From Hyaloraphidium curvatum SAG 235-1 (lineage: Eukaryota > Fungi > Monoblepharomycota), in the NCBI GenBank assembly GCA_025558095.1, contig JAIVFI010000015.1:310001-374000 (forward strand): 64,000 nucleotides of DNA, given 5' to 3'. The notes below the pieces were generated by a model, which was not told where the DNA came from, made no database searches, and worked only from the letters and a program-made list of their open reading frames with translations. This document shows positions 1-12,190 of the stretch, piece after piece. The position numbers and the translations under genes are program-made. Position 1 is the first letter of the stretch. Each line of letters starts with the position of its first letter.

Positions 1-68
1 ATGTTTGGAATAGCGCCTCGGACTCCTCTCGCAGCTCCATTCCCTTGTACGCGGGCGACACCGCTGCG

Positions 69-2223
69 ATGCAATCCTCGTGGTCGCTCGTCGAGCTATT
101 CGGGCGGCATGTCCGATTCCGCGGCTGCGTCGGCGTCGCGGCGCGGACTCCGCGGGACGCGCCCCGCCGCGCCCGGTCGTCGCTGACGCGTGCGGCGCGC
201 GACGGCCCGTACTGGCAGTTCGATCAGGACTTGCTGGAGCCGATGACGATCGACCAAGTGAGCATTGGAAGCGGCTCGGGTCGGTGACGCGTCCTGATCG
301 TCCGGAAGGCGGCCGCGGCGTACGGCAAGGGCTCCCTTTCTCCGACGACCGTGGTTCGCGCCACGCTGAACAGGATCCGCACCTACAACCCCTTGGTGCA
401 CGCCATGACAAAGGTGCTGCCCGAGTTCGACGCCGCGATCCTGGCACGCGACTCGGAGGTGCGCTGGAAGGCCGGCAAGCCGATCCGCACCAAGGACGTC
501 TCTCTGCCCTCGCTGGACGGGATCCCCATCGCCGTCAAGGACAACTTCAGCACCATGCAATTGGCTACTACGTGTGCGTCCGGAATGCTGAGGGATTACC
601 GGGGTGCGATGGACGCGGCGGCGGTGGAGCTGCTCGAGGACGCTGGGGCGGTCATCATCGGAAAGACGAACATGGACGAGTTTGCAATGGGGTGGGCGGC
701 GACTTAATCGGTGTTGCAGTCTCTGTTTTGACGCGTCAATGTCCCGACAGATCCATGGGCGTCCACTCCTTCTTCGGCCCGTGCATCAACCCCTTCAACG
801 CTCACCCGCCTTCATCGTTGACGGAAGCCGGCTCGACGTCGGCGAAACGCGTTGCCGGTGGAAGCTCGTCGGGCAGTGCAGCTGCCGTCGCCGTCGGAAT
901 GGCGTTTGCGTGGGTGTCCCACCTCATCAGCGACGTGTTTTGGAAGCTTACAGTGCCCCGCTTCAGCGCGCTGGGCTCCGACACTGGCGGCTCGGTCCGG
1001 CTTCCAGCCGCGTTTTGCGGGGTCTTTGGCTTCAAGCCGTCGTACGGCCGCATCTCGCGCTGGGGTCTCATAGCGTATGCCAACACGCTGGACACGGTTG
1101 GCATCCTCGCCAAGAGCGTCAGGGATTGCCGCACAGTCTACGGTAGGGACGAGCTTGCTTGCGTTGGTTGCGGAGTCTCACATGTGTTCGGGTTCGTGTG
1201 TTCGGGTTTGCAGACGTTCTTAACCGCTACGACCCCCGCGACCCCACGTCTTCTTACGTCCTGCACCACCTCCACGAGCCGCGGCGGCTCGCCTCTCCTT
1301 CCGATCCTTCGAAGCCGCTTGCGGGCGTCCGCATCGGCATCCCGCTCGAGTACCGCCCGCAGGAGCTGTCTCCCACCATGCTCCGACGGTGGTCGCGGGC
1401 GGCCTACGTGCTCGAGGACCTCGGCGCCGAGTGCGTCTCGGTCTCGCTGCCCCACACGAAACTGGCCCTACCCGCCTACTACGTGCTGGCACCGGCGGAG
1501 GCGAGCAGCAACCTCGCTCGGTTCGACGGGGTCCGGTACGGATACCGAAGCGAGCGGGGCGAAGGCTCGGTGTCTGGGGACGACCTGCCGCTGCAGAACA
1601 ACCTGCGACCCGCCGGCGCCATGTACGCCGACACCAGGACCGAAGGATTCGGCGAGGAGGTGAAGAGGCGGATCATGCTTGGCACATTCGTGCTGCGCGA
1701 AGAGTGGGTTTCCTTCGTTAGGCATGGTGCCCAGGCTGACTGTTGATGCCTGCCAGCGCGTACAACTCGTACTTTCTCCACGCCCAAAAGTACCGGCGCC
1801 TGGTGAAGAAGGACTTTGACGACGTCTTCCGTATGCCGAACCCTCTGGACGAGTCGCCGCAAACCCCTGCCGATTCGCCCAAGATCGACATCCTACTGAC
1901 GCCTGCGGCGGTTGGCACCGCCCCGATTCTCGAAGACGTGCGCTCCAGGCGCAATCCCGTCGAGGAGTACGTCAACGACGTCATGACGATACCCGCGAGC
2001 CTGGCCGGTGCGTTTTGTCGCGCGTCAGAAAGCCATGGGCATTTTAACTAAACCACAGCATGCAGGTCTCCCGGCGCTCGTGTTTCCTTTCGGCTCCTCC
2101 CGCGAGGACGGATTTCCAATCGGCTTGCAGCTTCTGTCCCAGTACGGTGACGAGGAATACCTGTTCGACGTTGCGAGCGTGTTCCACGACGCCGTCAAGT
2201 CGCAGTCGGCGATCAACGAATAA
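69..2223 (+). CDS. HER2: Glutamyl-tRNA(Gln) amidotransferase subunit A (GatA/QRSL1/Her2), multi-exon
   Basis: Spliced ORFs give amidase signature motifs: [96 protein letters not shown]; stop TAA at 2221-2223. Start codon uncertain. Confidence 0.9.
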
Positions 2224-2427
2224 ATGCCGCGGCATTTGAATCGCAGCCATTTCATTCGCGCTTTCCGCATGGCCGATCTTGCACTGTCCAGTATGCTGAG
2301 GAACAAGACCCGCGATCCCTGACGGAACGATCACGGACGTACGCCGCTCCCCGACCCTGGAACACGTCTGAGGGGCCTTACGCGTTCCCCGTTCCCGCTG
2401 GCCTCGTCGACGACTTGGACTGCTGCG

Positions 2428-3119
2428 ATGGACGCGCTGAAGTCTGTTGGCAGCAAGCTGTACCAGCTCCTCGACCGGGCCGCCGGCGACCCCACGCCTG
2501 CCGCCCGAAAGGTTCGGGCTCGCCCGCGAGATCAAACAGAGCGCCATTCACGCAAGCCTTCAGCGCAACTTGCAGTTCATCGCCTGGTTAGCCGTGATGC
2601 TGGATTCGAAGTTCGTGCTTCCGTTCGCGATCCCAATCCTCGGGAAGCACAGGTTCGGGCTTCAGCCCATGCTCGACCTCGGTCAGTCCCCAGATCCCCG
2701 GGAAGAGATGCGAACGGTCGCTAACGACGCTCGCAGTGCCCTATGGAGGGGCGACTCTCTGCGCTCTGGTTTCGGCGTATTTGATTTACCTCTCATTGAA
2801 GTTTGACTTGCCCACTACGACTCTCGTGCGGATGGCGATATGGACGACTATTTCTCTCTCCGCGAGCTACATTCCGGTACGATTTTCCTCGTTTCTGTTC
2901 CTGATCGCCTTACACGCTTCGCCTCGGCAGTTCCTCGGCTGGATTTTGGGTACCCTATTTGACACGGTCGCAAAGCCCAACATTGCGAACCTCCGGCTTC
3001 TCAGCGACCACCTGAGCAAGGAAGACAAGCAAGTCGTTTACCAGGCCGAGGTCGAGCACGCGGGAGAGACCGTAGCCACTGCTACGCGTTCCGCCCCGCC
3101 GCCGCCGCCGCCGCGATGA
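2428..3119 (+). CDS. DUF4112-family small membrane protein, multi-exon
   Basis: Joined exons read IAWLAVMLDSKF..RFGLQPMLDL.VPYGG..LVSAYLIYLSLKFDLP...RM...FLGWILGTLFD..KPNIANLRLL, matching the DUF4112 pattern. Confidence 0.7.
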
Positions 3120-3292
3120 ATTGGACTTGATCGCATCCTGCTGGACTGTCATCTGTCATTGCGTGTAAGACCATCTCTTGGAAATGGAATACTGTTCGTC
3201 ATTGGGACCAGTTGTTGGACCAGTCCGCATCATTCGCCCAAACCCACGATCCATCCGGACACCGTGTCGAGCCCCACATGGAGTCTGCCATC

Positions 3293-5859
3293 CTAGACCC
3301 ACACCTCCTCCGGCGTCCGCTGGCAGAGCCACAGCTTCACCTCGGGCGCCGCCAGCACCGCCGCATGCAGCGTCTGCCCTTCCATCACCTCCCCGCGCCC
3401 CACCGGCGACTCCAGCTCCAGGTAGAACTCGGCGTTCGGATCCCGCTCCATGAGCTTCCGCGCCACCTTCTCCCGGACCTCGGCCACGGTCGTGTTCGGG
3501 GGGAGGAAGTACCGCCGCGGTGCGGGGCTCTCGGCCTCGCGCAGGGGGGCGCTAGAGAGCTTGACGCTGGGGGAGAGGTGCACGCTGACGAACACCAGGG
3601 GCGGGCCCTCGGATGCCGCGCGGAGGGTGGGGACGGGGGTGTAAGCGGCCGAGGGCCCGTCCTCGGCCTTGACACCCACGCGGGGGGAGTTTGGCGGCTC
3701 CGCGTTGGCCGGGCTCTGCTGTACGTCCGGGGTGTGCGGTTCGATTCGGTTCGGAGCGGGTGCCGTCGCCGCGAGGGAGGGCAACGGCGCGGGGTTGGGG
3801 CTGGAAAATCCGGAGGCGGCGGGCAGCGTCCCCCCGGGCGGCTTCTTCGGCGGCCGGCCCCGCCTGTTGGGAGGCGGCACGCCGTCCACGAGGGACGCGG
3901 ACGGCGGGCCCTTTGCCGGACCACCGGCGGCCTCGGCAGCCTTCTTTGGCCTCGGGCCGCGCTTCTTCGGGGCCGGTTCCCCCTGATCCTCCTGCTTGGG
4001 CGGGTGGGGCGCCGGCGGCGGCAGCAGGGGCTTTGCCGGTTGCCCTGCCGGCGGTAGCAGCGCCTTCGCCGGATGCGGCGCCGGCGGGAGCAGCGGCTCG
4101 GTCGGTTGCGCCGCGGGCGGTTCCCGAACCGCCTCCATCCTTTGGTCGACGGGCTCCTCGGCCGGCGGCGCCGGTTCTGCCTCCGCCATCGCATGATCCC
4201 CGTGCACCTCCGCAGCTGCGGGTGCCGATCCGACCGCGGGCGCCGCATCCTGTTCCGCGGCGGCCGCCGAGCCCGTGTGGAGCGCCGCCCCGGAATCCAC
4301 CTCGGTTTCCGACACGCCGTTCACGGGGGTCTGGCTCCTGATCCGTGGCGCCCGCGAGCGGCGCCTCGGCGCTTCCGCGCTGCCAAACCCGGGACGTCAG
4401 TTCCGATCGAGGGTGAGCAGGAGCGTGGAACCAACCCCTCCTCGCCGGCGGCGTCCGCCTTCCTCTTGCGCTTCTGCGGCGCCGTCGCCGCTGCCGACGC
4501 CGGCGCGGCCTCCGCCGCGGGCCCCTCGGTCCCGGGCCCCTTGGCCAGGGCATCCTTGACGAACTTGCTCTGCTTCCTGTACCACTCCGCGTCGGGGCGC
4601 AGCGCCGTGTAGCCTTCCTCGACCTTGCTGGAGAGGTACTGGTAGAGCTCCGAATACAGCTGCTGGGCGCGTCAGCAGGGGATCACGGGGGGGCTCGTGG
4701 GGGAGGTCCCACCTCGCTGACGTCGAAGCCGCACACGCTGTGGAGCTTTGCCAGGCACACCGGGCAGAGGTGAAGTGGGACCTGGTCGTCCTGCTCGGGG
4801 CAGCGATTGAGGGCGCAGTAGTAGGCCGGGCTGTCGAGTCCGTTAGCGGGGAGCAAATCATCATCAAACGCGTCGCACGCACCACTGCGGAGGGCAGACA
4901 CGTCAGTCTCCGGATAACAATCAAGATCGAGCAAGCAACCCACTTCGTCCATGACCAGCGTCTGGCAGATGTTCCAGACGACGAGCTTGCACACGCGGCG
5001 GAACATGGACCCGTCCGGGTCCTTGGGGTCGCCCAGGCGCGCGCTCGATATCGCGCACAGGTTGCGGTGCACCTTTTTCGTCCCGCTCTCGGTCTCTGCC
5101 TCGAGGTCCGAGAAGCACCACGACGACGAGAGGTAGGCCCAGGCCACGTCCGCGCCGCGGCCCTCGTCCGCGTCCTGCCGCGCGTTCTCCTCGCCCACGG
5201 CGGTGGTCCCCGACACCTCGATGTTTGTCACGCCGATGATTGTCTTTGCGCGCGACGGGATCCACGGGCAGCGGTCCAGGCCGTCGAGCAGCGCGTCCAT
5301 GTCGTGCTCGTTGCGGGCCCACTGCACCTCGTTGTGCTTTGCCAGCAGCGCGATCGGCATGCCGCGGAAGAAGAGCACTGCAAAGTCCTTGAGGTCTGTG
5401 TGGGGGCGGCGCGTGAGCAATGTGAGGGCAGGGGAGGCGTCGGCGGGGAGCCCACCGCTCAGCAGCGTGTCCGGCACGGGGGTCTTGGGGTCCTCCCAGT
5501 TCTGCATCGGCAGCAGCAGCACGATGAAGTCGTCCATGTTCTGCGGCATGCGGCCTGCGGCGACCTCCGCGGCCCGCTTGCGCGCGTACTGCGCCATCGT
5601 CTGCAGCGCGGGCTCGCCGTCGCCCTCCTCGGGCTCCTCTGCCGCGGCCTGCTCGTCGGTCAGCACGCGCCACCGCGCGGCGCGGCGGCGGAACAGCGGC
5701 GACCGCAGCGCCGCGGCGACGGCACCGTCGGGCGACGCGCCGGCTGCACATTGTGGGGGGCGGGATCAAGGCCGGGAGGGTCAGCACACGTCAGCGCGCG
5801 CAGCCGCCGCGCCCACCGAGGACAGCATCGAGCGATACAGCGGGCGCGCCGGCCGGCAT
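3293..5859 (-). CDS. Inactive archaemetzincin (peptidase M54)-like protein with AT-hook and C-terminal beta-grasp-like domain (paralogue 1)
   Basis: Spliced product has ISSARL..RRVCKLVVWNICQTLVMDECPAYYCALN..LCPVCLAKL..GFDV..EWYR (M54 layout with HExxH replaced), then a Pro/Ala-rich linker with RRGRPPKK and a ~100-aa globular C-terminus. ATG at 5859 inferred. Confidence 0.7.
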
Positions 5860-5959
5860 CGCGATGTTGAAAGGGCGAAAGGCTGCCCAGCGGCCCAGTT
5901 GTTCTGCAATATTATAACCGTTCCCTTGCGATCCCCCAACCGGCGTGCCGCGAATCAAC

Positions 5960-7288
5960 ATGTCGCAGCCGCGGCGCAGCAAGCGGCGGCGCGTCGCAGA
6001 GGACGACGAGGTCGCAGAGGCACTCGAGTCGTCGCCCCCAGCGCCCGAGGCTGCGGAGCTCGCCGCCGACGGGGACTCCCAGCCCCAAGGTAGGTCCTTT
6101 CCGCTTCTTGCGCGAATTCCACGCGACCCGGAGCCCTGACCCCGCGATCGCCCCGCAGAGGACGCGCCCGCTGCCGAGGAGGACGATTCCGGATGGGCGC
6201 CCGCGGACGACCCATCGTTCCCCCTGGACCCCGTGTCGCACTCCTTCTCCTACTACTCGGACGTTCCCCCGCCCTGCCGCACCGAGGAGGTCACCCTGGG
6301 CGTCGACGAGGCCGGCAGGGGACCCGTGCTGGGGCCGATGGTCTACGCCTGCGCGTACATGCCGTCGTCGCGCAAGGAGGACCTCAAGGGCATCGGGTTC
6401 GCGGACTCGAAGACGCTCACGGACCCGGAGCGCGTCGCGCTCTTCAAGGAGCTGCGGGAAAAGAATGGCGACTGGATCGGCTGGGCCAACACCGTGTGCA
6501 GCCCGAAGGACATCTCAAACGCCATGCTGCAGAGGTATGCCTGACGCCTCTTTGACGCCCAATTCGCTCAAACTGGATCTCACGACCCAATCAGGTCCAA
6601 GTACAACCTGAACGCCCTTGCGCATGACACGACGATCGCCCTCATCCGCGGCGTGATCGATCGGGGTGTGCGCGTCTCCGAGGTGCGCCCGAGCCCGATC
6701 GATTCCGCGCCTTCGCCCACCAACCCCGTCACCCCAGGTCTTCATCGACACCGTCGGACCCCCAGACACATACCAGCAGAAACTCTCGCGCATCTTCCCC
6801 GGCATCTCCATCACCGTCTCCAAGAAGGCCGACTCGCTTTACCCCGTCGTGAGCGCGGCCTCCATCTGCGCCAAGGTGCCCCGCGACCGCATCCTCGCGC
6901 GCTGGTCGTTCGCCGAACCGGGTCTCGACGCGGTGGCTTCGCGCAAGTTCGGGAGCGGGTACCCGGGGGATCCCAACACGGTCGCATGGCTGGCGAGGCA
7001 CATGGACCCCGTGTTTGGGTACCCGATCCTGCTGCGGTTCAGCTGGAGCACGTGCGACAGGCTGCTGGAGGAAAAGGCGATCAACGTGGTGTGGTGCGTT
7101 GCGCGACGCCTGTTTGGCACCGTATTGGGGCTGACCGTTCCGCTAGGCCCGACTACGAAAACGCCGAAGAAGGAATCCCGTCCATCACGCAGTTCTTCCA
7201 GCCCGGAGCGGCAAAGGACAAGGTCGCAGAGCACCCCAAGTATTTCAAGGACATGAAGCTGAAGCGGGTCGAGAACCTGTTTGGCTAG
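5960..7288 (+). CDS. RNH201: Ribonuclease H2 catalytic subunit A
   Basis: LGVDEAGRGPVLGPMVY, GFADSKTL, VFIDTVG, KKADSLYPVVSAASICAKV, FGSGYPGDP, FGYPILLRFSWST. Confidence 0.95.
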
Positions 7289-7379
7289 CGGATGCTTAAC
7301 GGAAACGTCGCTGCTTATTGCGCGAGGAAGCCCATGTATTCGCGATCGTCGATACCACGCATACCAGGAACGGCTGTTG

Positions 7380-9131
7380 TCAATCGTCCTTCCCCTCGGA
7401 GATTGGCCGCGGCATCGGAGCGCGCAGCACCGCGACGATAACCACGAGCGCGCCGAGGACTACGTTGGCCCACGTCGCAAGCCTCACCAGCCGTGCTTCC
7501 TCGGGCGGGCCTCCGATCGGCACCCTGAACTCCACCGTGCCGTCCGCCAGCATCGCGGGCGGAACGTCGATCGCGGTGTACGCAAGGCCGACGAGCTTGC
7601 GGCCCGGTAAAGGCGGGCGGGCCCAGATCCCGGCCGGGTCCGAAAGAAAGAGGCCGTCCCTGCTTCCCTCCCGCACCCATTCCACTTTCTCCTGTGGCCA
7701 GGGCCCCCCGTTCGTTTCCGCCGCAGGAGCAAAGCACCCGATCCCGTCGTCGAGCACACCGTACGCCGCCGGCACCTCGACCCTCGCCCTCCCGCACGGT
7801 CTCTCCCCCCCGGGCTCTGGACCGTCCGCCGGCGCCTGGTACCGCAAATGGAACGGCACGTCCGCCCATCCCCTCGCAGCATCCACCAGGACCGACGCCC
7901 CGTTCGCACGCGCTGCAGGGGATTGCGCGGGCGCCTCGAGGTCCGGCGAGCCCCAGGGGACGTACGCGATCCCGGGGGCCGAACGCCACTGCACCTCGTA
8001 CGGGTCGGCAAAGGCGGTGTTGGTAAGGCGCAGGGCGAGGAGGATGCGGGTTAGGTTGGCGGAGGAAGCAAGGGAAGGGGACCACGAGATCCGGAACGCA
8101 GGGTGGAAGCCGGCCGAGGTTTTGAAAGATAGGGTGAGGTTCACGTCCGCAGCCCGACACAATGGGCCCAGCGTGATCGGATTGGCGGATCGATGGCCGG
8201 TGAGCATGACCTTCCCGCTTGATCCATCCGTGGCCGGCGTTGCTGCAAAGAGCCGATGCCGGCTTCCGAGGCAGGTTTGTGAAATCGCGAGCGGAGACTC
8301 CCTGTCGACGATTGCAGCTTGCAGACGCTCCGACATCTCCATCCGGGAGCCTAGGAAACGAAGAGAACCGCCCAGCGAGACCCAGCGCCCGCCGGCGAGG
8401 CAGCTTCGGACATCTTGCAGCTCAAACACGCCCTCCGCCTCCGATTCCGAGCCCAAAACCGCCCCAGCGAAAGGCTCCGAGCCAGCCAGCGGCGCGAGCG
8501 TCCGGAACGGCGGGACGCCAGAGCATGCACAAAAGGCCATGAAGATCCGGTTTCCCGAACCCTCGCCCAACGCGAGAGAGCCTCTCGTCACGTCCAAACG
8601 CCGGAGCCACAATGTCCTGTTGGTCCAACATCCGCAGCACACGTTTTGCACGCCCGCTGATTCGAGAAAGGCGCAAACCGCCCGGAGCGCTTCCGGTGCG
8701 ACCTGCCGCACCGATGCGTCCAATCCGAGCTCAACCGTGAATCCACGCGAGCCTTCCGCCCAAAACGGATCCGTAGGGAGCAGGCGGAAAGGATCCGCCA
8801 TTGTGCCGCCCCAGGAGACGGTGAGCGACGTAATTCCGGCGGGCAAGGACGCGGTCGCGTCGCCAGGGGCAAGAGAGTGTCTGGCGGCGAATCGCAGCTC
8901 AGCGCCACTTTCAAAGACCACGGCATCGTCGCTCCAGCGAATTCCGCGCTCCGGAACACGCTCGCTCGCGTCCGACGGAGTCTCCGTTCGCCAGGTCCCG
9001 GGACGCGTTTCCCTCGCGAACACGACCAGCTCCGCGCCAGAACTGTCGTGGGCAATGTCTCCGGCCACCAAAATAAAGCAACCCGCTCCGGCAAGCAGCA
9101 GCGGCATCCATGGTGGAATGCGCGCAGTCAT
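7380..9131 (-). CDS. PBN1: GPI mannosyltransferase I subunit PIG-X/Pbn1-like
   Basis: N-terminal signal peptide, F.DPYE..W, PDLEAPA, VPFHLRYQAP, VPIG followed by a C-terminal TM helix (ATWANVVLGALVVIVAVL); intronless 583-aa ORF. Confidence 0.7.
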   Translation of the reverse strand: MTARIPPWMPLLLAGAGCFILVAGDIAHDSSGAELVVFARETRPGTWRTETPSDASERVPERGIRWSDDAVVFESGAELRFAARHSLAPGDATASLPAGITSLTVSWGGTMADPFRLLPTDPFWAEGSRGFTVELGLDASVRQVAPEALRAVCAFLESAGVQNVCCGCWTNRTLWLRRLDVTRGSLALGEGSGNRIFMAFCACSGVPPFRTLAPLAGSEPFAGAVLGSESEAEGVFELQDVRSCLAGGRWVSLGGSLRFLGSRMEMSERLQAAIVDRESPLAISQTCLGSRHRLFAATPATDGSSGKVMLTGHRSANPITLGPLCRAADVNLTLSFKTSAGFHPAFRISWSPSLASSANLTRILLALRLTNTAFADPYEVQWRSAPGIAYVPWGSPDLEAPAQSPAARANGASVLVDAARGWADVPFHLRYQAPADGPEPGGERPCGRARVEVPAAYGVLDDGIGCFAPAAETNGGPWPQEKVEWVREGSRDGLFLSDPAGIWARPPLPGRKLVGLAYTAIDVPPAMLADGTVEFRVPIGGPPEEARLVRLATWANVVLGALVVIVAVLRAPMPRPISEGKDD

Positions 9132-9232
9132 TCGTGCTCGTCAATCACCAAGTCCAGGATCAATCCAATATCCTCTTCATAGACATCTTTTCGTGCCGAG
9201 ATACAAAGGATAGAGCACTTTTAAAAAGTAAA

Positions 9233-11665
9233 TCAATCCGTTTCCTCCCGCGACTCGCAGCAAATGAAGAGCGTCTTTGCCCCCGCGGGCAGCTCGTCGA
9301 TCACTTCGCCGATGGTGTCCCTCCCCTCGAATCGGAACCCCTCGTGCGCGTCGGCGACGATCGGATCCGCCGTGGAAAGGAAGAATCGCCTGTCCGGGAA
9401 GCCCTTGACGAGCCGCGGGCACACCCTCTCTAGGAATGCATCACACGATTCCTCCGAGTCCCGAGACAGGCGCATGGTCGACGTTCTGGCAGCCGCTGCG
9501 CTCTTGAGCAGCGCCTGGCACGCCACGGAAAACTTGATTCCGACCCTTTCGACGTCGGGCACTCCAGACGGCGGTGAAAGAGCCGCAATTTGCTCACAAG
9601 CAGCGTCCGGCGCGGGATCGGGCGCGGCGGGCGCCACGGGTGGCGCCGTGCCACCCTTCTCCACCGTCTCGACACTCTGATCATCCGCGGCCTGTTCGAC
9701 CTCTGGCTCGGATCGCTTGCGGAACGAAACGAGGCTGGACAGGAAGCTGCCAAACGCAGAGCCGACCTGGCGAAGGAATCCAGGGCGAGCTACCGGTCGC
9801 GCGGGATCCGGGTTGTCTCGTGGGCTCGGGTCCTGCACAGACGACACAGAGGAAGGCGGGAACGTAAAGCTGCTCTCGTTTCGGACTCCGTTCACGTCCG
9901 GTTCCGCCGCAGCCTCAGCAAACTGGCCTGCGTGCGCATCAGGTTCGACGTTGGAGCTGTCTGCCGGATCCATGTGATCCTCCAGTGTGGTTGTCTCCGG
10001 CACAGCCGCCGGTGAAGCCCTCCGCGGGCGCCGCGTGGGGGTGCGCTGCACGTAGTCCTCGTCGTCTTCGTTGTCCGAGTCGGAACTTGAGCGGTTGGAT
10101 ACGGAAGGAACGCGACCGATTCGCTGCATCCCTGTGACCTCGCCCTCGGGTGGTGCGTCATTTGCACTTGCACTTGGAGCTTCCGGAGAAGTCTGGCGCA
10201 GCGCCAAGCGGGGGAACTTGGAAGCCGAACCCCCGTTTCGTCCCTTTCGCCGAAGGCGCACCGACCAGTCTTCGTCGCTTCTGAAGGAAAAATGAGGCCG
10301 CGAATTCAAATTTCAACCGCCGCGCAAGCTCACTCTTCGCACTCGAGCTCCACCCGCTGCGAACGAGCACCCCGCTTTCTCCTGCCCAAGTTCTCCATCA
10401 GATGCTTGAGTTCGGCTGCGCTCTGCTTTTCCCGAATGTAGCCGGCGCTGGCCCTGTACCACTCGAGATCTCCCGCAAAAGCCGACAAGCCGCGATCCAC
10501 GAGATCCTGAATGTAGCTCTCGATCCCTTCGAACCACTTGAGACAATCCTCGGGCCGAGAGAAACAGCACGCCGCCAACTTCAGCAGGCAAATCGGGCAT
10601 GGGAAGAGAACGCCGTCTGATTTGGAATCGTTGTGCTCGGGTCTGTTCTTGATGCACGCAAAGGTCACGCATTCCTCGATGGCGAACTGGTGCATGATGA
10701 GCGCGACCGTGCTTCTCAGCGTCCGGCGCAGCACGGCCCCCGTAGCATCGCCGTCGAGATCACCGAATGGTGCGGTGGAAATCATACCGAGGTAACGCTT
10801 GTTGCAGCCGTTCACGGGGAAGGATTTGGCGCACGTCGTGTCGGTCCAACTGGACGTGAAGTAGGAGAAATCGATCCGCGGCTCGCCTTCCTCCGAATCG
10901 TCCAGCGCATCCCCCGATATGAGAGACTTAGTGAAGACGATGACGCTCCAGACGTGCGGGGGGAAGGTGTCCGAGACGGCGTCCAAGCCGTCGAAAAGGT
11001 CGTCCGCTTCCCATTCCGTCAGCGGGATCTGGGTCGGTGGTCTCCCCAGCGACAACACTTTCTTCGGCCGAATGATTTCGAACTCGTCCTTCGGAACGAA
11101 AGGGACGTTCGGGAACCAGCGCTGACAGAAGTGCATTACTTCCTGGACGAATTCTTGCGGCGGCGTGCCGCACTACCGAAGAAGAGTTGAGGCACAACTC
11201 GTGCTGACGAAAACAGCAACGACACACCTCGCAAACGGTGAACTCGATGACACGGTCCTTGACCGCGCGAGGCACCCGCTGGTCCAGTATCCGTTCCTCG
11301 AGCACCCGCTCGTGCTCCTCGCAAGTTTGGTTAACGATTCTCTTCTGCGGCCGTTGGACGGGGGCTTGAGCGGGAGACGGTTCTGGTGTCGGCTTGGGAG
11401 AGCTTTCAGAGGCTTCACTGGCTCGGCCGACGAAATGGCAGCTTACCAAGCTGGAGCCTGCTGCACGGGGGCCGAATGGGGCGGCGGAGGTGGGGGTCGA
11501 CGGCGATGTTGTAGAAGTAGGCGATGGAAGCTGGGAGGCTGCTCCGCGGCACAAGATTGCAGGTATGCAAAGTAGAACCGGGGGAGGCTCGTCACCTTGG
11601 CCGCGTCCGACCCTCCGGGCCGTCAACTTCTTGCGGATCGGCTGAATGGTCGTGTAAAACGGCAT
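9233..11665 (-). CDS. Inactive archaemetzincin (peptidase M54)-like protein with C-terminal beta-grasp-like domain (paralogue 2)
   Basis: Exons joined by introns at ~11173-11227 and ~10281-10333 give NQTCEEH..GMISTAPF..LRRTLRSTVALIMHQFAIEECVTFACIKN..FPCPICLLKL..LEWYR, an acidic/Pro linker and a ~105-aa globular C-terminus. 5' exons uncertain. Confidence 0.65.
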
Positions 11666-12190
11666 GCTGACGGCATACTTGAGCGTATCGTCTTCTCGTA
11701 GCTGAACGTGTGACCGGGGGGATCGCGTTTCAAAGCCACGAGAATGGGTACATGTAATGTAACGTTCCCCCACGAAGAATCAGCAACGGCGCGGCGCCGG
11801 TAAACGGCAAAACAACCGACCCAAGCGAGCTATATGAATGAATTGGATCCGATGGAGGCGAATGTGTTTGTGCAGCCGTTGGCGAGGTCGGAACCCGGCA
11901 CAAGTCCGACGGGGAGTCACACATCGAATGAGCACGTTCCACGGCGCTGCCGAGCCCCAGATAGGACCCAGAGGGCACGATTCGACTCCCACAGATTTCT
12001 CGACCGCGTTTAGTGACATTGAAGGTGGGGAGGACCTGCCTCGTACGAAGTGTGGCAAAGCAGAGGTCGCCGGGATCGATATGAGGCGTCATCAAGACCG
12101 GGGAATGGGGACGCGCTCAAGGCCCTCAAGTCACCGTGCTGAAGATACAGAAAGTAGATAGCCTAAAGGCCTTTTGAAGGGTGACCCCAC

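Noticed and set aside
7318-9213. 631-aa plus-strand ORF, and many other long overlapping ORFs in the track
   Set aside because: Antisense or off-frame shadows of real genes in GC-rich DNA; low-complexity R/A/P/G composition and no motifs.
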